Positions 41,034-50,178 of a stretch of DNA of 64,000 bases are shown here, piece after piece. The stretch lies in assembly GCA_965215005.1 (NCBI GenBank), contig CBDCCZ010000043.1, positions 1 through 64,000 on the forward strand. The letters run 5' to 3'. The notes under the pieces are model-generated. The model was not told the DNA's origin, ran no database searches, and saw only the letters and a list, made by a program, of their open reading frames with translations. Every line of letters begins with the position of its first letter. The first letter of the stretch is position 1. The translations under genes and the position numbers were made by a program. Source of the stretch: Kofleriaceae bacterium. Lineage in GTDB: Bacteria; Myxococcota_A; Polyangia; Haliangiales; Haliangiaceae.

Positions 41034-41268
41034 CCCGAGGCTCATGAGGTGAGATGAGAGCCAGAGCTCTCATTTCACTCGACACCCTGGTGGCGGATTC
41101 GGCCCAGGAGATGCTCGCCAGCTTCGAGCGCAGCCCAATGCTGCGGCTCCGATGACTTCGCAGTTTCTTCTTGGCACGGCCGTCGCCAGGGTGCTGTCCG
41201 TTGACGAGTCCGAAGTTGCAGGGTGGCGGCAACGTCTCGTTGTGACGCCAGAGGTCCTTAGAAGTCAT

Positions 41269-44200
41269 ATGCGCGCCAGCTATCACGCACTCCTTCTGCT
41301 GCTCATTGCCTTCGGGATGATGTGCTTCGCACCGTCTGCCCACGCGCAGACTGCGGCCGATCCTCACACTGAGCCGTCTTCCGAGGTCCCGCAGACAGGC
41401 GCCGAGGCCCCTGAGGCGGTGCCAAGTGAAGATCGCGCCAGTTCTCCTCAGCCGGTTACTGCCGAGCCTGAGGCTACGTTGGTTTCGCCGCCAGGAGTCG
41501 AACAGCGAGGCGGCGAGCTCCGCATGCTGGTGTTCGCTGGGGCCACGCCGCTGACCGGAGTCACTGTAGAAATCGGCAACCAGAGCCGCGTGACCAATGA
41601 GGAAGGCAGTGCGGTCTTCAGCCTTCCTGCCGCCACTTACGTTCCTCACGTATTGATACCGCGTGCGTTGCTACCGGGCGCGGCGCGCACAGACGGGCCT
41701 GTGATCACCTCGACCGTACCGATGATAGTTATCGAGGGAGAGCAGATAGAAGCCATCATCACGGTCGACTCCAGCGGTAAGATTCAAAAAGCCGATATCG
41801 AGACGCCAGGCGCGGGTCGCGCCGCCGAAACACGCCGCGCGGAAAACTTCGAGGAGCGGCGCCGCAGCGGTCCCCAGGGCATCGTCCGCGGCATCGTGTT
41901 CCTCGGCGAACAGGGCGAGAAACGGCAACCCATCGCTGACGCACGTGTATTCGTACGAGGCGCCCCGGTGGAGGCAGTGACCGACGCTGAGGGCACGTTC
42001 AAGCTGGAGTTACCGGAAGGCACCTACGACATCGTCATCATTCACTCGCAGTACACGACGAAAAATCTCGAAGACGTAAAAGTAGACGCCAACAAGCCGC
42101 AAGATGTCCGGGTGAGGGTGGAGAAAGCCACTCCACAGCTCGAAGCCTTCGTCGTCACCGCTCCTCATATCGAAGGCGGCGTGGCCTCACTCGTTGCCGA
42201 ACGCCGCGAGAGCTCGAGCGTCGATGACGTCATCGGCGCCGCGGAGATGTCTCGTTCTGGTGATGCCGACGCCGCCGGTGCGCTCAAGCGGGTCACCGGC
42301 ATCACTGTAGTAGGTGGCCAGTTCGTCTACGTGCGTGGCATGGGCGAGCGCTATTCCGCAACTCTATTGAACCAGCATTCCGTTCCCAGCCCAGAGCCCG
42401 AGCGTCGCGTGATTCCGCTCGACTTGTTCTCCACGGACGTCCTCGAGAGCGTCGTAATCCAAAAGACGCCCTCCGCCGACGTGCCAGGGGAATTCGGCGG
42501 AGGGCTCGTCCTCCTTCGTACCAAGACGTTTCCCGAAGAGCTCACTGCCGCGGTCTCCGTATCGACTGGCCTTGTGACGAACGCGACCTTTCGCGAACGA
42601 CCGAGCTACGAGGGCGGCAGCCTCGACTTTCTCGGAACCGACGACGGTACCCGAGAGCTGCCCCAAAAGATCCGCGAGAGCTCTCCCATCCGTGCGGGTA
42701 ACCCAGTGATTCCCGGATATTCTCCGGAGGAACGCGCGCAGCTAGGACGCCTCCTATCGAACAACTACAACCTTCGCTACAAGCGGGTTGCGCCCAACTT
42801 GGGTCTCGATGCAGTCATTGGCGATAAGCTCCAGCTCGCCGGCATACCTATCGGGTTTCTCATCGCGGGCTCCTATGACAACGTCCACCAATACAGGGAA
42901 GACGTGTTCCGCACGTACATCCCATCTACGACCAGCGAGGGGGGTCTCGAGGTGGCAGACGACGTCGTCATATCCGACGCGACCAACTCTATCTCGTCGA
43001 GCGTCATCGCTGTCGCAGGAGCCGAGCCGGCCGAAGGACAGCTCTTAAAGGCTACGACCCTGCTCCTTCGTGTGTCCGATGATCAAGCGGCTGCTTCCAC
43101 CGGCCGCAATGAGGACCAGGGTGCCCTGATCCGGCGGGCGCGTCTGCGCTTCGTAGAACGGCAGGTCTTCAGCCAGCAAATATCAGGTTCGCACACGCTG
43201 CCGCAGCTGACTGACGCTACCTTGGATTGGCGCTACGCCTACTCACGCGCCATGCGCGCCGAGCCGGACCGCCGCGAGTATTTATATGTCGATGAGTCAG
43301 GAGGTGCTTCTCCACCTGACTTCCGGCTTTCCGGGATCACCGGCGAGAATCAGCGCGTCTGGAATGACCTATCGGATCAAGTTCACGACGCAGGCGTCGA
43401 CTACTTGCAGCCGTTCACGGTCTGGGGAGATCTAGCCGCCTCGGCGAAGTTCGGCGGCGTCATTACGACGCGCGAGCGCCAGTTCGACACGTTGCGACTC
43501 AACTTTTTTGCGCCTCGAGGATTTCCGGCTGAGCTCAACAGACAAACGCTCGAGGAGATCTGGTCGCCCGAACATATCAACGCAGACGGTGGCTGGATCC
43601 TCGCGGACGCTACGCAGGCAACCGATGCCTACACGGCGGAACAGCAAATTCAAGCGGGCTATGCGATGGCGACGCTGCCCATCGCCACGGCGGTAGAGGT
43701 CACCGCCGGCGCGCGCGTTGAGCGTTCGCGGCAGCGGGTCTCTACCTTTGATCCGTTCGCCAACGACGATGCCGCGCAGCAAGCCGAGCTGAACAATACC
43801 GATCTTTTGCCTTCAGCGACGGCTAAGTGGCAGATCAGCGATGAGCTGGTTCTCCGCGGCGGTTACGGTCGCACACTCACTCGTCCCGACTTTCGTGAGC
43901 TCTCCGAGTCGGAATACCGCGACGTAGTCACCAACCGCCGGTACAAGGGCAATCCTGAGCTCCAGCGCGGCACTATTGACAACATCGACGCCCGGCTCGA
44001 GTACTACTTTTCGACGGATGAGTTGGCCTCCATCTCGGCTTTCTACAAAGCGTTTCGCGACCCAATCGAGCAGATCGACACCGCCACCACCGATCGAACG
44101 ATCAGCTGGCAGAACGTCGACAGTGCGCGGAACCTTGGTGTGGAGCTCGAGCTACGCCGGCGCTTCGGCTTTGTCGCAGACAGCCTTGACGAGGTTTTTG

Positions 44201-44601
44201 CGGCCGTCAACGTCGCTCTGATTCAGTCTCAAGTTTCCATTGGTGAGGACAACGTTAGTACGTCAAAGAGTCGGCCGCTGCAGGGACAGTCTCCTTACGT
44301 AATCAATCTCCAGGGAGGGTATGACGATGAGGGAGACTCTGGACTGACGGCAACGTTCCTCTACAACGTGTACGGGCGCCGCATTCGCGACGTAGGCCGC
44401 TACCAGACCCCCGATGTCTACGAGCAGCCCTACCATCAACTCGATTTCGTCCTCAGCCAGAAATTCGGCGATGGTTGGCGCGTCAAGTTCAAGGCAAAGA
44501 ACCTGCTCGATCAAGAAGTGCAGTTCTTGCAGAGTACGCGAGTTCAGCGCAGCTATCGCAGCGGCCGCGCATTCACGATCTCGCTTGGTTGGAGCTACTG
44601 A
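41269..44601 (+). CDS. TonB-dependent receptor with N-terminal carboxypeptidase-regulatory-like domains
   Basis: Signal peptide from ATG 41269 (frame open from 41152); plug ALKRVTG...YVRGMGERY, PLDLF, RPDFREL, GNPEL; C-terminal ISLGWSY. Confidence 0.93.
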   Translation: MRASYHALLLLLIAFGMMCFAPSAHAQTAADPHTEPSSEVPQTGAEAPEAVPSEDRASSPQPVTAEPEATLVSPPGVEQRGGELRMLVFAGATPLTGVTVEIGNQSRVTNEEGSAVFSLPAATYVPHVLIPRALLPGAARTDGPVITSTVPMIVIEGEQIEAIITVDSSGKIQKADIETPGAGRAAETRRAENFEERRRSGPQGIVRGIVFLGEQGEKRQPIADARVFVRGAPVEAVTDAEGTFKLELPEGTYDIVIIHSQYTTKNLEDVKVDANKPQDVRVRVEKATPQLEAFVVTAPHIEGGVASLVAERRESSSVDDVIGAAEMSRSGDADAAGALKRVTGITVVGGQFVYVRGMGERYSATLLNQHSVPSPEPERRVIPLDLFSTDVLESVVIQKTPSADVPGEFGGGLVLLRTKTFPEELTAAVSVSTGLVTNATFRERPSYEGGSLDFLGTDDGTRELPQKIRESSPIRAGNPVIPGYSPEERAQLGRLLSNNYNLRYKRVAPNLGLDAVIGDKLQLAGIPIGFLIAGSYDNVHQYREDVFRTYIPSTTSEGGLEVADDVVISDATNSISSSVIAVAGAEPAEGQLLKATTLLLRVSDDQAAASTGRNEDQGALIRRARLRFVERQVFSQQISGSHTLPQLTDATLDWRYAYSRAMRAEPDRREYLYVDESGGASPPDFRLSGITGENQRVWNDLSDQVHDAGVDYLQPFTVWGDLAASAKFGGVITTRERQFDTLRLNFFAPRGFPAELNRQTLEEIWSPEHINADGGWILADATQATDAYTAEQQIQAGYAMATLPIATAVEVTAGARVERSRQRVSTFDPFANDDAAQQAELNNTDLLPSATAKWQISDELVLRGGYGRTLTRPDFRELSESEYRDVVTNRRYKGNPELQRGTIDNIDARLEYYFSTDELASISAFYKAFRDPIEQIDTATTDRTISWQNVDSARNLGVELELRRRFGFVADSLDEVFAAVNVALIQSQVSIGEDNVSTSKSRPLQGQSPYVINLQGGYDDEGDSGLTATFLYNVYGRRIRDVGRYQTPDVYEQPYHQLDFVLSQKFGDGWRVKFKAKNLLDQEVQFLQSTRVQRSYRSGRAFTISLGWSY

Positions 44602-45014
44602 TGTCTCATTTGGTAAGCGCGCTTCTTTGCCTCCTCGCTGTCCTCAGCGCGGGATGTGCCAGTGATGAGTGCCTGGTCTTCGACTACGCGCCTCCTTCGG
44701 CCAGGCTGTTACTCATCGATAGCGCCACTGGCGAGAAGATCTGCGACGCCGACGTCACCACGTGCGATGGACGAAACGTGTTCGCGCGCGCCGCGGACTG
44801 CGTCTACGAAGTTCCCGACTGGGCCGATGCCGAGCTTGGATCAACCGCGTGGCTGATGGTCGCAGGCTACCAGCTAAAGAAGGTGACCTTTCCGTCGCCC
44901 CAGCCGGATGCCTGCGGTGAGCTCGATGCACCGGAATTACAGGAGCTCGAGCTAACGCCGGCGGCAACACCCCCCGTCGGTGATTCGTGTGAGGAACCTG
45001 ACGGGAATGGTTGA
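44601..45014 (+). CDS. Small Cys-rich lipoprotein, unknown function
   Basis: ATG overlaps the TBDR stop (TGATG); signal MSHLVSALLCLLAVLSAGC. Confidence 0.7.
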   Translation: MSHLVSALLCLLAVLSAGCASDECLVFDYAPPSARLLLIDSATGEKICDADVTTCDGRNVFARAADCVYEVPDWADAELGSTAWLMVAGYQLKKVTFPSPQPDACGELDAPELQELELTPAATPPVGDSCEEPDGNG

Positions 45015-45035
45015 TGACTATAAGTTTTCAGGGCC

Positions 45036-45051
45036 GTTACGCGGTTGTCAC
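45036..45051 (+). promoter_or_regulatory. Second Pho-box/OmpR-type direct repeat
   Basis: GTTAC-N6-GTCAC upstream of the DUF3450-tonB genes. Confidence 0.4.
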
Positions 45052-45072
45052 AATTTTACGGTAGGTCGATGT

Positions 45073-45858
45073 ATGCGCTTTGAAGTGTCGCGTCGTATGA
45101 GGCGAATCGCATTCCTTAGTCTCGTCGCGGTCGTCGCGCTGGCCTCCTCCCCGGCCAGTGCGCAGTCTGCTGACGAGCTTGCCAAGCGCCTGGCCGAGCT
45201 CCGCAATGAGGTCGAGTCCCTTTCGGAGGACCTGAACACGAGCAAGACGGACACGCGCAATGAGATCCAAGCGCTCGCCCGTCAAAAGGCCGACCTGAAG
45301 GTAGAGCTCGACCGCGAGCAGATTCGCGTGCAAAAGCTGCGCGCGGCACTCGAAAAGAAGAAGACGCAGGTCGCCGAGACTTCCACCGAGGGCGAGGATC
45401 TGGCGCCGATTTTCACTGCCGCCGTCGGCGGCCTGCGGAACTACATCCAGGGCAGCCTACCGTTTCGAGTTACGGAGCGACTGGCCGAGCTCGACAAGAT
45501 CGAGGATCAGCGCAAGACCGGGGTGCTCACGTATCCGCGGGCGCTGGTCAGGGTCTGGAGTCTCATCGAGGATGAGCTCCGAATGACCCACGAGAACGCC
45601 ACCTTCCAGCAAACGATCAACCTGGGCGGTGACGAGCTCCTGGCCGAGGTCGTCCGCCTCGGAATGGTGATGCTGTACTTCCAGACTCGTGACGGACGTG
45701 TCGGCTACGCCGATAAGGCGCAGGAAGGCTGGCGCTTCGTGCTGGCCACCGAGGATGCCGACGAGAAACAGATTCGTTCCCTGTTTGATAGCTTCAAACG
45801 GCAAATCCGGGTCGGGTTCTTCCGCATCCCGAACGCGCTGCCGATGGAGAGCAAGTGA
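45073..45858 (+). CDS. DUF3450 family protein (TtpB-like)
   Basis: Signal peptide, coiled coil, SLPFRVTERL and VRLGMVMLYFQT; first gene of the exbB/exbD/tonB run. Confidence 0.8.
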   Translation: MRFEVSRRMRRIAFLSLVAVVALASSPASAQSADELAKRLAELRNEVESLSEDLNTSKTDTRNEIQALARQKADLKVELDREQIRVQKLRAALEKKKTQVAETSTEGEDLAPIFTAAVGGLRNYIQGSLPFRVTERLAELDKIEDQRKTGVLTYPRALVRVWSLIEDELRMTHENATFQQTINLGGDELLAEVVRLGMVMLYFQTRDGRVGYADKAQEGWRFVLATEDADEKQIRSLFDSFKRQIRVGFFRIPNALPMESK

Positions 45859-47330
45859 TGTTTGGTGCAGAGCGAGTCCATCGGACATTGGGAGGCGTGC
45901 TGGTCCTATGGGCGAGCGCCTTCCTGCTTTTCGTTGCGCCGGCGAGTGCTCAGCAGAAGCCGTCGAAGAAGCCCGCCGGATCGAGCGCCAGCCGGCTCTT
46001 AGACGCCTATAAGCGCGAATTTGCCTTCCTGGAAGCCGAAAAGCGCAGTCTGCAAGCTCGGCTCAGCGAGGAAAAGAAAGAGGCACAAGGCCGACTTGGT
46101 GCCGCGAAAGCCGAGACGGATCGGCTTCAGGGGCAAATCGTCAACTTGGCCTCGGAAGCGCAGCGCCTCGAGGAGCTGCTGCTTTCGGCGGAGCGCGAAT
46201 ACGACTCGCTCGATCAAAGTGAGGACGTGGTCGGCGACATCCTCACCCGCGCGAGCTCGGCGTTCTCAAAAGTTGACGTCGCGATGCCGGAGGCCGACTC
46301 GGAGGATCGCGAGGCGCTCCGCGCGCAGATGCAATTCGCGTTTACAAAAGCACCCGAGGTTCTCGCGATGCTCGGTCAGGTACGGCGCAAGAATGGCGAG
46401 TACTTCGATGCGACGGGAGAGAAAGTCAGCGGGCCGATCCTCATGATCGGTGATGTCGCAACCTACGGATTGGCTGACGGCGCGCGCGGTGTTCTTGCAC
46501 CTGCAGGTGAGAGCCGTCTAAAGCTCTGGCCCGCCGAAGGTGGCACCGAGACAGCGGAGGCGTTGGCCGCGGGCAAGCAGCCTGAAATGCTCCCGATCTT
46601 TCTCTACGAGTCGCTCGACCAGGGCATCGAACAGAAGAAAGACAAGTCGGCACTCGACGTCGTTAGAGCGGGTGGAACCATCGCCTGGGTGATCGTCGGG
46701 CTCGGCGTCCTGGCACTCCTCATGGTCATCGCGCGCTTCTTCTTGCTGCTGCGCGCTTCCATGGGAAATCGCAACGTGCTCGAGCCAGTGCTCGGCTATG
46801 TCGAGCGTGGCAAGTACAAACAGGCGCTCGACGTCGCCGCCCGCGCCCACAACTCGTCGGGCCGCGTACTAACCGCCACCCTGCGGAACCTCGACAAGAG
46901 CCGTGAGCAGCTCGAGGACATCGTTGCCGAAGCGGTTCTCGATGAACAACCGCGATTGTCACGCTTTGGCTCCGCCATCTTGGTCCTTGCGGCAGTGTCG
47001 CCGCTCATGGGTCTCCTCGGAACCGTTACTGGCATGATCTCGACCTTCGACGTCATCACCGAGTTCGGCACCGGCAATCCCAAGCTGCTCTCTGGCGGCA
47101 TCTCCGAGGCGCTCATCACCACTGAGTTAGGTCTTATCGTTGCGATCCCCGCGCTTCTCGTCGGTCACATGCTCAGCGGTTGGTCCGAGCGCATTCGCGA
47201 CACGCTCGATGCATCTGCGTTGGCGGTGGTCAACCGCGCCGCCGGGTTCAAGCCGCCCTCGACTGGCGAGTCTTTAGAGATCGAGCCGTCATCACACGAT
47301 GACCGAGCTGTCGCCGAGCCGAGGAAATGA
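45855..47330 (+). CDS. TtpC-like long MotA/TolQ/ExbB protein
   Basis: Signal peptide and periplasmic coiled coil, then SPLMGLLGTVTGMI and GGISEALITTELGL. Confidence 0.87.
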   Translation: MMFGAERVHRTLGGVLVLWASAFLLFVAPASAQQKPSKKPAGSSASRLLDAYKREFAFLEAEKRSLQARLSEEKKEAQGRLGAAKAETDRLQGQIVNLASEAQRLEELLLSAEREYDSLDQSEDVVGDILTRASSAFSKVDVAMPEADSEDREALRAQMQFAFTKAPEVLAMLGQVRRKNGEYFDATGEKVSGPILMIGDVATYGLADGARGVLAPAGESRLKLWPAEGGTETAEALAAGKQPEMLPIFLYESLDQGIEQKKDKSALDVVRAGGTIAWVIVGLGVLALLMVIARFFLLLRASMGNRNVLEPVLGYVERGKYKQALDVAARAHNSSGRVLTATLRNLDKSREQLEDIVAEAVLDEQPRLSRFGSAILVLAAVSPLMGLLGTVTGMISTFDVITEFGTGNPKLLSGGISEALITTELGLIVAIPALLVGHMLSGWSERIRDTLDASALAVVNRAAGFKPPSTGESLEIEPSSHDDRAVAEPRK

Positions 47331-47341
47331 GCTAAGTCGTC

Positions 47342-47932
47342 ATGGATCAAGGCATTCGCGACACCATCCTCGGCTATATCGATCAAGGCGGCTTCGTCAT
47401 GCCGCCGCTGATCATTGGCGCGATGGTGCTCTGGTACATGATTGGGTACCGGTTCATCACCTTGCAACGAGGCACCACCAAGCACGTGCGCTCGCTGGTT
47501 CAGGCCTACCAGCAGGGGTGGTCTCACAAGCCGCGCGGAATCATCGATCAAGCAGCACGCCAAGGTGTCATCGCTGCGCGCCGATATCCGCAGGACACCG
47601 CTCGAGTTCTCGACGACACGTTCTTTCCCCTCTATCAGGATGTCAAGAAGGGCCGCGCGGTGATTATGAGCATCGTGAGCGCCGCGCCGCTGCTAGGACT
47701 CCTCGGGACCGTCACCGGGATGATCGAGACGTTCGATTCGTTAGGTGACATGACTCTCTTCGCTCAGTCTGGTGGCATCGCTGGCGGTATCTCGCAGGCG
47801 CTGTTCTCTACGCAGATGGGCCTGTGCGTGGCAATCCCAGGCGTCATCGTTGGCCGCCTTCTCGACCGTCGCCAGCGCGTCGTCGAGGAAGAGCTCGACC
47901 AGATCAAGGCGCTTCTCGGAGGTGGCTCATGA
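47342..47932 (+). CDS. exbB: ExbB proton channel protein
   Basis: APLLGLLGTVTGMI and GGISQALFSTQMGL. Confidence 0.88.
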   Translation: MDQGIRDTILGYIDQGGFVMPPLIIGAMVLWYMIGYRFITLQRGTTKHVRSLVQAYQQGWSHKPRGIIDQAARQGVIAARRYPQDTARVLDDTFFPLYQDVKKGRAVIMSIVSAAPLLGLLGTVTGMIETFDSLGDMTLFAQSGGIAGGISQALFSTQMGLCVAIPGVIVGRLLDRRQRVVEEELDQIKALLGGGS

Positions 47933-48333
47933 GACTGCGAGCAAGACCTGAGCAGAAGTCGGACATCGACATCTCGCCGCTGATCGATATGGTGTTCATT
48001 CTGCTCATCTTCTTCATGGTGTCGACGACCTTCGTCAAAGACATGAAGATCGACATCGAGCGGCCGGGTGCCTCTTCGGCCGAGAGTGCATCTACCAAGG
48101 CGCTTCGCATCAATATCGACTCTGGTGCCAACATTTACATTGATGGCAATCCGGTTCGGCCGTGGATGGTCCAAAGCCACGTTCGCGACTACTTGCAGAG
48201 TGCGGGCGGAGGCAGTGTCTTAGTCATCACGGATCGCAGGGTCCCTGCTGATCGTTTGATTGAAGTCGTTGATCAAGCGCGTATGGCCGGAGCCAACGAC
48301 ATCGGTGTCGCAACGGAAAATGAGGCGGGATAA
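47929..48333 (+). CDS. exbD: ExbD biopolymer transport protein
   Basis: IDISPLIDMVFILLIFFMVSTTF; ATGA overlap with exbB. Confidence 0.92.
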   Translation: MRLRARPEQKSDIDISPLIDMVFILLIFFMVSTTFVKDMKIDIERPGASSAESASTKALRINIDSGANIYIDGNPVRPWMVQSHVRDYLQSAGGGSVLVITDRRVPADRLIEVVDQARMAGANDIGVATENEAG

Positions 48334-48971
48334 TGAGCAACAAAATCCGACATCTCGTAGCAATCGTAGCGATGATTGGCGGCGCCGCCGGCGTATTTGC
48401 GCTGCTCATCTTCATGAACGATTACAGCAAGCCTCCCGCTCCTGAGCCGGCAAAAGTCGCCAAAGACTTCAAGATCGAAAAGCTAAAGAAGAAGCAAGAG
48501 CAGCCTAAGCCGCAGCAGCGGCCTAAGCCGCGACAGCCGGCCCCGACTGCGCGTCGCGCGCCAGCGCCCAACATCACAACCTCGCTCTCAGGGCTCAGCT
48601 TCGATCTGCCGCAGTTCGAAAACACCGATCTCATGGGCACCGACAGACTCCTCTCGGGCGCCGATGGCAGCAAGAAGCTCGTGATGACCCAGGACTCGGT
48701 GGATACACTGCCCAAGCCGCGGATGCGCAACCCGCCCGAGTATCCTGAGAAGGCGCGCGCGCGAGGCATCGAAGGCGAGGTGCTGCTCAGCTTGAAGATC
48801 ACCGAGCGGGGCGATGTCGAGCAGGCGCGCGTGGTGTCCGCCAAGCCACCCGGCGTATTCGAAGACGTCGCCGTCGCAGCAGCGCGCCAGTGGACGTTCG
48901 ATCCGGCCACGTATAAAGGCGAGCCGGTGGCCACGGTGGTGCAACAGCCCATGCCTTTCCGTCTGAACTGA
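48333..48971 (+). CDS. tonB: Energy transducer TonB
   Basis: N-terminal TM segment, Pro/Lys-rich linker, PEYPEKARARGIEGEV C-terminal domain. Confidence 0.92.
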   Translation: MSNKIRHLVAIVAMIGGAAGVFALLIFMNDYSKPPAPEPAKVAKDFKIEKLKKKQEQPKPQQRPKPRQPAPTARRAPAPNITTSLSGLSFDLPQFENTDLMGTDRLLSGADGSKKLVMTQDSVDTLPKPRMRNPPEYPEKARARGIEGEVLLSLKITERGDVEQARVVSAKPPGVFEDVAVAAARQWTFDPATYKGEPVATVVQQPMPFRLN

Positions 48972-48977
48972 GGCTTT

Positions 48978-50153
48978 ATGATCCGCCGCTCGGCCTTGCT
49001 CATTGCGCTACTCATGGCAGCGATTTCCGTTGCGCCATCGCCGGCGGCCATCGCCGCCGAGGACGAAGAGGCGCAAGAAGAGGAAATCGATCACGTCGCC
49101 TTAGCGGCACGCCTGGTGCAAGACGGTCACTATGACCGTGCTGAGCTGACCCTGGCGGAGGTCGATCTGTCCGCCGAAGACGTCGATAAAAAGCTCTACT
49201 ACGTACTACGCGGGTTGATTGCGCTGCAAAAGCAGTCTTACGACGCTGCAGCCAAGAGCTTCGCCGACGCAGTCCGAGCCGGCAACACCGACCCGCTGGT
49301 GTTCATCAACTTGGCGCGCGCCAAGTTCGGCATGAAGAAATACCGCGACGCAGTGTTGGCGCTCGATCGCGGCGGCGCCGCCGCCCGGGCGGAGCCGCAG
49401 GCTGAGCTGCTCAAGTCGCGCGCCTATTGGGAGCTCGACCAGCCAGAGGAAGCGCTCACCGTGCTAGCCCGTGCCCGCAAGCGCTTTCCCGATGCCATCG
49501 ATTTTGCCCGCACCGAAATCTTCTATCTCATCAAGCTCGAGCTATTTCAGGAGCTCGCCCAACGCAGCGGTGCATTTCTTGAGCGAAGTGACATCGTGGC
49601 GGATGACCTGGCAGCCATTGGTGAGGCTTTGCGGCAAAGTGGCCAGCTCGAGGTCGCGGCGCAGACACTCGAGGCTGCGCGGCTACGTTTTCCCGATGAA
49701 GAGAAGCTTACCGTGCAGCTCGCGCGAGTGCTGATGGATCAGGGCCAGCTGTTGTCTTCAGCGATGCTCCTCGAGCACGCCGCACGACTCAACCCCAAGT
49801 ATCTCGTCGAGGCCGCGGAGCTCTATCGACAAGCTGGCAATCTCGAGCGCGCGCTTTACATCAACGCGCGCATTGCAGATCAACCATCTAAGATGAAACA
49901 GCGCTTGCAGATCCTCTTGCAGCTCGAGCGCTACGACATGATTTCTGCTATGGAGGCACGACTGTCGCGGCTTGGCCTCCTCAGCGAGGATCAAATTCGC
50001 TACGCGATTGCCTACGGCTACTTCGAAATCCGCGATTTCAAAGCAGCGGAGCGACATCTCAAGCAGCTCACGGATCCCGACCTCTTCGAAAAGGGCATCA
50101 CATTACGCAAAGCCATCGACGCGTGCCGCGAAGCTGGCTGGCTGTGCATGTGA
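48978..50153 (+). CDS. Secreted TPR protein (TtpD-like position)
   Basis: Signal peptide and repeated helical TPR-like motifs; directly follows tonB. Confidence 0.75.
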   Translation: MIRRSALLIALLMAAISVAPSPAAIAAEDEEAQEEEIDHVALAARLVQDGHYDRAELTLAEVDLSAEDVDKKLYYVLRGLIALQKQSYDAAAKSFADAVRAGNTDPLVFINLARAKFGMKKYRDAVLALDRGGAAARAEPQAELLKSRAYWELDQPEEALTVLARARKRFPDAIDFARTEIFYLIKLELFQELAQRSGAFLERSDIVADDLAAIGEALRQSGQLEVAAQTLEAARLRFPDEEKLTVQLARVLMDQGQLLSSAMLLEHAARLNPKYLVEAAELYRQAGNLERALYINARIADQPSKMKQRLQILLQLERYDMISAMEARLSRLGLLSEDQIRYAIAYGYFEIRDFKAAERHLKQLTDPDLFEKGITLRKAIDACREAGWLCM

Positions 50154-50178
50154 TCCCCTTGACGCCGAGTCTCGACTG

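Noticed and set aside
37754..50153. Genomic island
   Set aside because: Parts look slightly more AT-rich by eye, but there is no integrase, tRNA or flanking direct repeat and I cannot compute composition.
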